DNA of 32,000 nt. Origin: Candidatus Saccharimonadota bacterium (GTDB taxonomy: Bacteria > Patescibacteriota > Gracilibacteria > UBA4473). Both the position numbers and the translations under genes were made by a program. The stretch is taken from positions 300,001 to 332,000 of the forward strand of contig JACKFV010000001.1 in assembly GCA_020632335.1 (NCBI GenBank), in the 5' to 3' direction. Below, piece by piece: positions 1 to 7,539 of this stretch (positions are counted from its first letter, which is position 1; the number at the start of each line of letters is the position of its first letter). The notes under the pieces were generated by a model. The model did no database searches, was not told where the DNA came from, and worked only from the letters and a program-made list of their open reading frames with translations.

Positions 1-83
1 TCAGGAAAAACGCCCCCCAGGCCTGCCAGCGCCACATGGGTCAGGCTGAGTTCGCCCGCCAGTGGAGCCACCAAAAGGCTCAT
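1..83 (-). CDS. possible 5' end of a membrane-protein gene that runs off the left edge (partial)
   Basis: ATG at 83-81 on the minus strand, 33 nt downstream of the stop of the 116-994 gene, and open to position 1. Hand translation MSLLVAPLAGELSLTHVALAGLGGVFP is hydrophobic. Only 27 codons are visible and the ORF is not in the supplied track. Confidence 0.2.
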   Translation of the reverse strand, partial: MSLLVAPLAGELSLTHVALAGLGGVFP

Positions 84-115
84 ACACAGGCCGGCGGCCA
101 GGTGCGTACGGCCTA

Positions 116-994
116 TCATGCCCCCGTGCGGAAGTGGTAGATCTCCTGCGCTACGGACTCCGCGTGCGGAATAACCCTCAGTCGCGTGACGCCCTGGGTA
201 GCGGAGTTGATCTTGAGCGTGCCATAGCCGAATACCCAGCCCCAGAAGCCGGCTTTTTCTGCTGTTACCTTCCCGAGGGTAGCCCAGAGCTCGGACTGCC
301 GCCAGGTGCCAAAGAGCTCTCTATTCTGTACAATCAGTCGCTCAGACGTGAGAAAAAGCAGGTCGTGGTTATAGTCCAGCCAGTGCCCCCAGAAGAAGAT
401 CAGCGCCGACACCCCAAAGCACGCCGCAAATATATGCCCCCAGAGGCTGCCCGGTAGTGCCCACCACATATAGATGGCCGCCATCATACAGAGGAGCACC
501 ACGCCCATACCCCGGTAGAACACCACCGGGTGGTGCTGCACCACCGCCAGCAGGCGCTCACCAGGGAGCGGCGCATACACATGCCCCTCCACCGCAGCGG
601 CGCGGTCAGCACTGGTGACCTCACTCCCTCCGTAGAGGCGGGCAAACTTGGCTATCCGTAAGATACGCAGTGGCGCAAACACCGGCGGGATGAGGTCTAC
701 CCCCACCAGCGGCAGGTAGAACGGCACCACCGCGAGGAAGTCGATCAGCCCCCACCAGCTGAAGATATACCGCAGGCGGTCCCTCGCCGAGAGGATACGC
801 AGAACGTACTCCACGGTGAAGAGCCCCAGCGCCAGGCGTTCGAAGGTCTGTACCAGCGGCCACTGCTGCGCGCTCCCCCAGATCTCAAAGGGCAGCAGCG
901 CCACCGAGAGCAAGATCACCAGCACCAGCAGCCCGTGGAAGAGGCGACTCAGCGGCCGGAAGGGTTGGAAGAGGAGACGGTGCAGCCATGCCAT
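116..994 (-). CDS. voltage-sensor-like S1-S4 domain fused to a membrane-flanked bacterial PH module (bPH_2/DUF304, YdbS/YdbT-like); no pore domain
   Basis: The N-terminal half has four TM helices in the Ion_trans pattern. S2 reads FTVEYVLRILSA, S3 reads WWGLIDFLAVVPFYLPL, and S4 reads PLRILRIAKFARLY with R/R/K/R at every third position. No S5-P-loop-S6 and no GYG-type filter follow. Instead there is a tight TM hairpin (GMGVVLLCMMAAIYMWWAL-PGSLWG-HIFAACFGVSALIFFWGHWL). After it comes LDYNHDLLFLTSERLIVQNRELFG...GYGTLKINSATQG..LRVIPHAESVAQEI, which is typical of DUF304/bPH_2. Confidence 0.6.
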   Translation of the reverse strand: MAWLHRLLFQPFRPLSRLFHGLLVLVILLSVALLPFEIWGSAQQWPLVQTFERLALGLFTVEYVLRILSARDRLRYIFSWWGLIDFLAVVPFYLPLVGVDLIPPVFAPLRILRIAKFARLYGGSEVTSADRAAAVEGHVYAPLPGERLLAVVQHHPVVFYRGMGVVLLCMMAAIYMWWALPGSLWGHIFAACFGVSALIFFWGHWLDYNHDLLFLTSERLIVQNRELFGTWRQSELWATLGKVTAEKAGFWGWVFGYGTLKINSATQGVTRLRVIPHAESVAQEIYHFRTGA

Positions 995-1055
995 ATGCTA
1001 ATTATGCAGCTTATGAGAAATACCGCAAGGCAAAACGCAGCGCTGGCATTGCTCA

Positions 1056-2315
1056 GTGGTCATGGTTTTTTATCATACGGGTATGGTGTGTCCTCGCATT
1101 CTTCGCCTTCGGAGTGGGTATCTGGCGTGGGGTATCTCTCTCGGGATCCTCAGTATATTGCTGCCACTGCAGAGCCTAGCAATAGGATTTAGTGATAATA
1201 GCGCTATTCCCTCCTGGGCGGGGCCGGCCATCTATTCGCTGGGGGAGCGGGGTATCATCACCGGGAATGGCGATGGGAGCTTTGCCCCTGACCGGCCGGT
1301 GAACCGCGCGGAGTTCGCGAAGCTCTTTGTCGGTCTGCACAATCTGCCGGGAGCGGCACTGGCCGCGGGGCAGTTTACTGACGTCAGCGGTGACGAGTGG
1401 TATGCCCCTTACGTGGGGGCCGCGGTGGCCAAGGGCTGGCTGAATGGCTATAGCGACAAGACCTTTCGCCCGGGGGACCCCATCAACCGTGCCGAGGTAG
1501 CGAAAATCATCGGGGAGGCGCTGGACGAGCCCTTTAAAAGTGATATCCCTGCCGGAGCGCCGTGGTATGATAAGTACTTCTATAAGCTGAATGATACCGG
1601 GCTGATGGCGCACGGAACGGATTTCTCCAACGCCGAGCCGGCCGTATACCCCACCCGCGCCGAGGTGAGCGAGCAGCTCTTCCGGTATATGATCTACCGG
1701 CAGTTCCTCACCACAGAGGATCTGCAGCCCTTTGACGGCTTTGACCCGTATACCGCTACGGGGGGCGTGATGGTGGTGAGTGACAGCCTCAGCAGCACAG
1801 ACCCCCTAGCAGATGCGAGCATGTACGAGTATATTGAGCCCTTCCCGCTGCGCTACCCCATCAGCCCCAATGCCGGCACGATGCATATACAAGACACCGG
1901 GCAGCTGGAGGCGGGCTATTATCTAGAGCCAGACGAGCGGAATATCGCGCTGCACTCGCTGCAGTTTACGTGTGAGAAGACGGCCGAGTGCAAGCTCTAC
2001 GAGCTGCGGTACCGGCTGGTGGGTATCGGGCATCTGAGTGATTTTTCTTCGCTCTGGCTGGAGGTAGACGGCCGCGTGGCCAGTAAGGAAATCATGCCGA
2101 TCAGCGACACCAACACCATTGATATCCAGCTCAGCGCGCCGATAGTGGTCTCGCACGTGCCGCGCAAGGTGGAGCTGCGGGGCTCGCTCATCCCCACCGC
2201 GAGGAAGATAGACGGGCGGTTTGCGGTCTTCATCACCGAGTGGGTAGGCGCTAATACGCGGTCTATGCTGGGGCTTTTCCCGCTCGCCGGGCCGGACCTG
2301 AAGCTGCTACGGTAG
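1056..2315 (+). CDS. secreted protein with three N-terminal S-layer-homology (SLH) domains and an uncharacterised C-terminal region
   Basis: Signal-peptide-like LAWGISLGILSILLPLQSLA. SLH repeats read FSDNSAIPSWAGPAIYSLGERGIITGNGDGSFAPDRPVNRAEFAKL, FTDVSGDEWYAPYVGAAVAKGWLNGYSDKTFRPGDPINRAEVAKI, and a third ending YPTRAEVSEQLFRY. The true start may be the Met at 1083. Confidence 0.75.
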   Translation: MVMVFYHTGMVCPRILRLRSGYLAWGISLGILSILLPLQSLAIGFSDNSAIPSWAGPAIYSLGERGIITGNGDGSFAPDRPVNRAEFAKLFVGLHNLPGAALAAGQFTDVSGDEWYAPYVGAAVAKGWLNGYSDKTFRPGDPINRAEVAKIIGEALDEPFKSDIPAGAPWYDKYFYKLNDTGLMAHGTDFSNAEPAVYPTRAEVSEQLFRYMIYRQFLTTEDLQPFDGFDPYTATGGVMVVSDSLSSTDPLADASMYEYIEPFPLRYPISPNAGTMHIQDTGQLEAGYYLEPDERNIALHSLQFTCEKTAECKLYELRYRLVGIGHLSDFSSLWLEVDGRVASKEIMPISDTNTIDIQLSAPIVVSHVPRKVELRGSLIPTARKIDGRFAVFITEWVGANTRSMLGLFPLAGPDLKLLR

Positions 2316-2329
2316 CGGTATCCTCAGTG

Positions 2330-2985
2330 CTGACTTTTAAACTTTTTTGAACTCTGATTTACTTATACGGTAATTACTTCAGCAATATGTATAATATCAA
2401 ATTAGCCAATTTCCCTATGGGGTTTGTAGGCAAGAGAATACTATTTCTTTGAATAATTTTGGCACTTCTAAGTGACCTATTGTGATTTTATAATCACTAT
2501 CTTTGCAACCTGATTCACTTTGTCCCCACATTTCTATATCAAAATTTTCAGCAATTATAAAAGTTCCATGAGCAAGTGCATTTCTTATTTTCCGAACCAA
2601 ATCAGCTAAATCCTTTGGGGAGTCTTTGCCTTGCATAGAAATTTTTATTGTTATAGGTTTCTTGGGTATTTCTTCATTTCTTAAAATAATTATAATTGCC
2701 ATAAAAGTGGCTAAATGTGATCCAGGTGTATAAATAATGTTTTTTCCTTTAATATTACTATCAACAGGACAATATATGCTACAAAATGTATTGTAAAAAT
2801 CTTGAAGCTCTACAGAGTTCTTACTTTCTGAAATAAAATATGCTAAAAAATCAGTGGAGATCATCATTTGAGCCAAGCAATCCATAGTAGTTTTTTTCAT
2901 ATGACATAGAGTAAAGAAATAAGAATCCGTTTTCCACTTCGTGTTACAGAAGGATGCCCTCTAGATTCTAAGTATCCACCTCGCT
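2330..2985. other. low-GC islet, probably horizontally acquired DNA
   Basis: My hand count of 2601-2700 gives 32% GC, against about 64% for 16601-16700. The composition switches sharply near 2330 and near 2985. The islet contains one ORF with AT-rich codon usage (AAA/AAT/ATA/TTT). Confidence 0.7.
2415..2900 (-). CDS. HEPN-superfamily-like protein (Rx4H motif), a putative RNase toxin or abortive-infection-type effector
   Basis: 161-aa ORF. The motif VRKIRNALAHG is encoded at 2568-2585 (AGA AAT GCA CTT GCT CAT = R-N-A-L-A-H). This is the canonical R[NHD]xxxH HEPN signature. No partner gene lies inside the islet. The alternative start Met6 is at 2885. Confidence 0.5.
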   Translation of the reverse strand: MKKTTMDCLAQMMISTDFLAYFISESKNSVELQDFYNTFCSIYCPVDSNIKGKNIIYTPGSHLATFMAIIIILRNEEIPKKPITIKISMQGKDSPKDLADLVRKIRNALAHGTFIIAENFDIEMWGQSESGCKDSDYKITIGHLEVPKLFKEIVFSCLQTP

Positions 2986-3019
2986 GTGGCAAATCACCCC
3001 CCCATCTGCTTGTCATGGA

Positions 3020-4462
3020 GTGATGATTCTGCATACTTCTCGCATGAAGCACGCCTGGCAGTGGATCGTTCTCGTGGTGGGGCTCCTCGGTATAGCCGGG
3101 GGCATCTGGTGGCAGAGAAGCCCCGCGCCGCTGCCGTATGTATCCCAGTACCCGGAGGACGTGACGCTCTACCGGGCTACGCTGAGCGACACGCCCCACC
3201 CGCTTATAGACTCCCTGATGGCACTGTGGCAGAAGGGGGCAGAGCCAGGGCCCGTCACCGCTAGCCGTGGGGGGACGCTCCTCCCGCCTGCCAGTGCTCC
3301 GCTGGAGTCCTCCCTGGCGGATAACCTCGATTTTGCCGCGCTCCGTCCGAGGAGAGGGCACCTCCCCGATGCGCTGCTGTATCTGATGGGAGGAGAATTC
3401 TCCCGCGCTCTGCAGGTGAGTGATAGCTTTCTCAGCGCCTTTGTGCCGGCAATAGCGCCGTATTCTCCGCAGATGCTGCAGCTGTGGGAGGATGAGGCGC
3501 AGCTCACGGTGCGGTATGAGGGGCTGGACGAGCGAGAGAAACCCACCCCACGGGGGACAACGCTGGGGCAGTACATACCCGCAGACGCGGTGTATGCCTT
3601 CCTGGGGGAGGACCTGCAGGGCAGCTATGACCGGACGTTACAGCAGCTCCAGGCCACCGACCCCGCTCTGGCAGAGACGCTTACGGGCGTGATCCGGGCG
3701 GTGACGGCGCAGTACTTTGGTGAGGATTTCTCGCTCAAGCGGGACTTTCTCAGCGCTACCACCGGCCCATATGCGGTCATGCTCACACTGGATCCCGTTA
3801 GCCGTAGCCCCATCTGGACCCTCCTCACCGGCTACACCGGCACCACGGAGAGCCTCACTGCCCCCCTGGAGCAGCTGCAAGCGGTACTCTACCCCGCGGT
3901 GCGCACGGTGGAACTGCCCGACGGTGACACACGGCAAGAGCTCTACGCTGAGCCCGTGGAACGCCTCACGCAGGCGATGTATGCGGACGTGCCCTATACC
4001 ATCGTGCAGGGTAGCGAGGCTCGGGTCTCCTTGGCGTTTAGCCTCCAGGACAACCTCCTCATCCTCAGCAGCCGCACTGAGGGCCTGCACCGGGTGCTAG
4101 ACGCTGCAGCTGAAGAGGCTTCTCGGCTCACCAGCGTAGCGCTAGAGCGTACCCAGCAGGGCTACCTCCAGCTAGATGGCGCTGCGGAGCTCTCCCACCA
4201 TCTCTTTGGGCAGGAATCGCTCCCCCTGGCGCTCCAGTGGCTGCTCACGCATGGTGAGTCGCTCCAGTGGACGACTGATGGCTCCGTGACGACTCTCACC
4301 ATGCCGCGGCGCACAGCCCCCTTGCCAGAGATAGCAGAGGCTACAGACACTACAAAAGCCGCGCCAAACACCCCCCCGGTTGCGCCTACGGAGGAAAATA
4401 CTCCTGAAAATATGCTGGGAGAGGACACAAGCCCTGCGCCCACTACAGCAGCGGGAAAATAG
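3020..4462 (+). CDS. hypothetical N-terminally membrane-anchored protein with a Pro/Thr-rich C-terminal tail
   Basis: 480-aa ORF with backbone-like GC. It has one N-terminal TM (WQWIVLVVGLLGIAGGIWW) and a low-complexity tail (TDTTKAAPNTPPVAPTEENTPENMLGEDTSPAPTTAAGK). I recognised no family motif. Alternative starts are ATG 3023 and ATG 3044. Confidence 0.55.
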   Translation: MMILHTSRMKHAWQWIVLVVGLLGIAGGIWWQRSPAPLPYVSQYPEDVTLYRATLSDTPHPLIDSLMALWQKGAEPGPVTASRGGTLLPPASAPLESSLADNLDFAALRPRRGHLPDALLYLMGGEFSRALQVSDSFLSAFVPAIAPYSPQMLQLWEDEAQLTVRYEGLDEREKPTPRGTTLGQYIPADAVYAFLGEDLQGSYDRTLQQLQATDPALAETLTGVIRAVTAQYFGEDFSLKRDFLSATTGPYAVMLTLDPVSRSPIWTLLTGYTGTTESLTAPLEQLQAVLYPAVRTVELPDGDTRQELYAEPVERLTQAMYADVPYTIVQGSEARVSLAFSLQDNLLILSSRTEGLHRVLDAAAEEASRLTSVALERTQQGYLQLDGAAELSHHLFGQESLPLALQWLLTHGESLQWTTDGSVTTLTMPRRTAPLPEIAEATDTTKAAPNTPPVAPTEENTPENMLGEDTSPAPTTAAGK

Positions 4463-4498
4463 CCTTGCCCCTTGCCCGGGGTGCCCTATACTCGCCTC

Positions 4499-5101
4499 AT
4501 GATGGTAGAAGTAGAACGCCAATTCCGGTACCCGGATGCCGAGACGCTAGAGAAGCTCCGGCAGGCCTGTACTTTCATTACCCAGAAGCAAAACCACGAT
4601 GGGTACTACCAGCACCCTGAGGGAGACAATGCCCAGAAGGACTGGTGGCTGCGGCAGAGGAACGGCTCATGGCAGCTCAAGTACATGACCCCTTATGGCC
4701 AGTACACCGAATTCCATGGCCCCAAAGCCATAGCCGAGAAGCTCGCCCTCACAGGTGCACCAGAAGAAGACGCGGCCTTTGAGGCCTTCCTGCTCTCCCA
4801 GGGCTACTGGAAGCTAGTAGAGTACACCGTAGAGCGAGAAACGTTGCGGCAAGGCCCCCTCACCATAGAGCTCGAGCGCATTCTCTACGCAGACCCGCAG
4901 TACAACCTAGCGATGATGGAAGTGGAAATGGAGGTCCCCGAGGCGGAGGTCGCCCTAGCCGAGCAGACGATAGAGGACGCGGCTACCCAGTTTGGCCTGA
5001 TACGATTAGAATCCTTTGGCAAAGCAACTCACTATATCAAAGCCGTCCACCCAGAGGTCTATGCCATCATGCTCGCCCATGGGGTTATCCGCGCTGCCTA
5101 G
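4499..5101 (+). CDS. CYTH-domain protein (triphosphate tunnel metalloenzyme, thiamine-triphosphatase-like)
   Basis: The N-terminus MMVEVERQF matches the CYTH ExExK signature region, although here it reads E-V-E-R-Q. WWLRQRNGSWQLKY and MMEVEMEVPEAEVALAEQTIE resemble the ThTPase/CYTH pattern. The track ORF starts at a TTG (4472); the first ATG is at 4499. Confidence 0.65.
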   Translation: MMVEVERQFRYPDAETLEKLRQACTFITQKQNHDGYYQHPEGDNAQKDWWLRQRNGSWQLKYMTPYGQYTEFHGPKAIAEKLALTGAPEEDAAFEAFLLSQGYWKLVEYTVERETLRQGPLTIELERILYADPQYNLAMMEVEMEVPEAEVALAEQTIEDAATQFGLIRLESFGKATHYIKAVHPEVYAIMLAHGVIRAA

Positions 5102-5155
5102 AGGTTCTTCCTCACAGCGAGAGTAGACGAACGCCCGGGCATCACTACACTCAGG

Positions 5156-6229
5156 GTGATGGTTATCCATACCCAGCACCAGCCCGAGAAACCAACAGAA
5201 GTGCTCAATAGCAGCACCAGCGCAGAGGGCGAGAAGCTCGATAGCCTGCTGCGCCCGCAGGAGTTTAGAGACTTTGTGGGGCAGAAGGCCGTGGTAGAGA
5301 ACCTGCTGGTCTTCTGCCAGGCGGCAGTGGAGCGGGGTGATCCTCTGGACCACACGCTGCTCTATGGCCCGCCAGGACTGGGCAAAACCACCCTCGCGAT
5401 GATCCTCTCGGCGCAGATGAAGACCGCGCTGCGACAGACTTCTGGCCCTGCGCTGGAGAAACCGGGTGACATCGCGAGTATCCTCACCAACCTGCAGGAG
5501 GGAGATATTCTCTTCATTGATGAGATCCACCGCCTGCGCCGCCCCGTGGAGGAAATCCTCTACACCGCTATGGAGGACTGGGCCATTGACCTCATCGTCG
5601 GGAAGGGCCCCAGTGCCCGTACCATGCGCCTCTCGGTGCCGCGGTTTACGCTCATCGGCGCTACTACCAAGGCCAGTATGCTCGCCAGCCCCCTCCGGGA
5701 TCGCTTCGGGCATATCGAGAAACTGCGCTACTACGACGCTGAGGAGATACAGCAAATCCTCACCCGTAGCGCTGGCATACTTGAGGTCCCCCTCACGCAA
5801 AGTGGCGCGGAGCTGCTGGCCGCCTCTAGCCGTCGTACGCCGCGCATCGCCAACCGTCTACTGCGCCGTATGCGGGATTTTGCCACCGTGTTGCACTCGG
5901 GAGAAATCACCAGGAGCGTGGTGGAGGACAGCCTCCAGAAGCTGCATATAGACACCCTGGGCCTGGACTACGCTGACCAGCAGTACCTGCGCGCGCTCTG
6001 TGAGCAGTTTGCCGGCGGGCCGGTGGGGCTGAGCACTCTGGCGGCGGCCATCGGTGAAGACGAGAGCACCGTGGAGGATATGATAGAGCCCTACCTCATC
6101 CGCGAGGGACTGCTGCAGAAGACCGCCCGCGGCCGCATGGCTACCCCCAGTGCCTTCACGCACCTGGGGCTCCCACCGCTACACACTGCGGGCACGCCGC
6201 AGGCCGACCAGCCCAGCCTGCTGGACTAG
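5156..6229 (+). CDS. ruvB: Holliday junction branch-migration helicase RuvB
   Basis: LRPQEFRDFVGQ at the N-terminus. Walker A is YGPPGLGKTTLA and Walker B is ILFIDEIHRL. RTPRIANRLLRRMRDFA is also present. The 357-aa length is typical. GTG at 5156 is immediately followed by ATG at 5159. Confidence 0.92.
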   Translation: MMVIHTQHQPEKPTEVLNSSTSAEGEKLDSLLRPQEFRDFVGQKAVVENLLVFCQAAVERGDPLDHTLLYGPPGLGKTTLAMILSAQMKTALRQTSGPALEKPGDIASILTNLQEGDILFIDEIHRLRRPVEEILYTAMEDWAIDLIVGKGPSARTMRLSVPRFTLIGATTKASMLASPLRDRFGHIEKLRYYDAEEIQQILTRSAGILEVPLTQSGAELLAASSRRTPRIANRLLRRMRDFATVLHSGEITRSVVEDSLQKLHIDTLGLDYADQQYLRALCEQFAGGPVGLSTLAAAIGEDESTVEDMIEPYLIREGLLQKTARGRMATPSAFTHLGLPPLHTAGTPQADQPSLLD

Positions 6230-7539
6230 CACGCCTCCTCACAGAAGAGCGCAGCGATCTCCTCTAGCGGGAGCGTGAGCTGCGTGCCGGTGCGCAGGTC
6301 CTTCAGCGTATAGAGCCCTGCCGCCAGTTCGTCCTCCCCCAGCACGATGGCATGGCTATAGCCCTGCGCGTTAGCGTAGTCCAGCGCCTTGGGGAGTTTG
6401 GCGTTCTTCAGCCACGGGGTCACGGTGATGCCCGCACGGGTGAGGGGCCCTATAGCCTCCAGCATCTTGGCTGTTTCAGCCTCTCCCAGAGGGATGAGCA
6501 GCACTCGCACCGGCCCCAGCAGCCGCTCGGGGATGATAACCCCCTCCTCCAAGCACTGCAGCAGCAACCGCGTCACGCCTATGCTCCCCCCCACGCCCGG
6601 CAGGTGCTTGCCACTGAAGGTCTCTCCCAGGTCATCATAGCGCCCTCCACCGCCGATGCTGCCCTTTATCTGCGGGTGCAGCGCCTCGGCCTCCCATACC
6701 GTACCGGTGTAGTAGTCCAACCCGCGCGCAATGCCCAGGTGCACCTGCACGTCTGTGCCCATCTCCAGCCCCAGCTGCTCCAGCGCTGCGCACACCGCCC
6801 GGAACTCCGGATGGGTGATAGTGCTTCTCTCCTCCAGCGGCTGCGACGCCAGCATGAGGATCTCCTCCGCCGCCGCAGCAGTGCAACCGCACTCCTGCAG
6901 CTGGGTGAGAGAGACCGTGCGGGGCACTTTCTCTAGGGTATCTACCACGCTCCTCGCACGGAGCAGCGCTGCCTCAGCCACCCCATGCGCACGCAGCACG
7001 TCGCTCAGCACTCGCCGGTCGTTGATGAGAATACGAAACCCCCCAAAGTCCGTCACCTCCTGCAGTGCCCGCAACGCCTCATACATAGTGAAGATGCAGT
7101 AGGCGTCCCACAGCGGACTCAGCGACCCACTGCCGATGACGTCTATATCCGCCTGGGTGAACTGCCGGTAACGCCCCTTCTGTGCCCGTTCGCCCCGGAA
7201 TACCGGCCCGATGGCGGCTCGGAGGAAGGGGAATTTCATATGCTGTTGCTGCCGCGCAATATACAGCGCCAGCGGCACGGTGTGGTCAAACCGCAGCGCC
7301 ATGCCGTTGTGGGTCTCGTCATCGTCCTCGGCTAGTACCCGCCGCAGCCCATAGATCTCCTTATCATCACCGCCCTTGGCCCGCAGGTTCTCCTCTCGCT
7401 CTACCACCGGGGTAGAGAGCGACGCAAAGCCATACTGGGCATAAACTCGCTCTAGCGTCCGCAGCCAGAGCTGGTGCACACGCTCCTCAGCCGGGGTAAA
7501 CTCGGGGAAGCCGCTGGGGGGGAGTATATTGGGTTTCAT
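6226..7539 (-). CDS. hisS: histidyl-tRNA synthetase
   Basis: Class II HisRS motifs are present: RYRQFTQADIDVIG, GLDYYTGTVWEA and GGGRYDDL. A C-terminal anticodon-binding-like region follows (VLLIPLGE...). The ATG overlaps the stop of the upstream gene (ATGA at 7536-7539). Confidence 0.88.
   Translation of the reverse strand: MKPNILPPSGFPEFTPAEERVHQLWLRTLERVYAQYGFASLSTPVVEREENLRAKGGDDKEIYGLRRVLAEDDDETHNGMALRFDHTVPLALYIARQQQHMKFPFLRAAIGPVFRGERAQKGRYRQFTQADIDVIGSGSLSPLWDAYCIFTMYEALRALQEVTDFGGFRILINDRRVLSDVLRAHGVAEAALLRARSVVDTLEKVPRTVSLTQLQECGCTAAAAEEILMLASQPLEERSTITHPEFRAVCAALEQLGLEMGTDVQVHLGIARGLDYYTGTVWEAEALHPQIKGSIGGGGRYDDLGETFSGKHLPGVGGSIGVTRLLLQCLEEGVIIPERLLGPVRVLLIPLGEAETAKMLEAIGPLTRAGITVTPWLKNAKLPKALDYANAQGYSHAIVLGEDELAAGLYTLKDLRTGTQLTLPLEEIAALFCEEAC

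Noticed and set aside
2390-2395. A perfect TATAAT on the + strand facing into the 3' end of the HEPN gene, which could mark an antisense-RNA promoter (type I/III TA-like).
   Set aside because: There is no acceptable -35 at 16-18 nt (acggta). A TATAAT hexamer is expected by chance in ~30% GC DNA.
2318-2982. Direct repeat GTATCC(..)CTC at both edges of the low-GC islet, a possible target-site duplication.
   Set aside because: Only 6 contiguous identical bases. Chance occurrence within ~100-nt flanks is quite likely, so it is not evidence of a mobile element on its own.
2897-3361. An ORF ending in an ATGA overlap with the HEPN gene start, including a possible 39-aa version from ATG 3016 (MTSRWGGDLPQRGGYLESRGHPSVTRSGKRILISLLYVI). 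It could look like a translationally coupled antitoxin.
   Set aside because: Most of it is antisense to the well-supported 3020-4462 gene. The short version straddles the GC transition and has no RHH, MNT or HTH-like features. It reads like random Arg/Gly-rich sequence. I keep it only as something to test by Ribo-seq.
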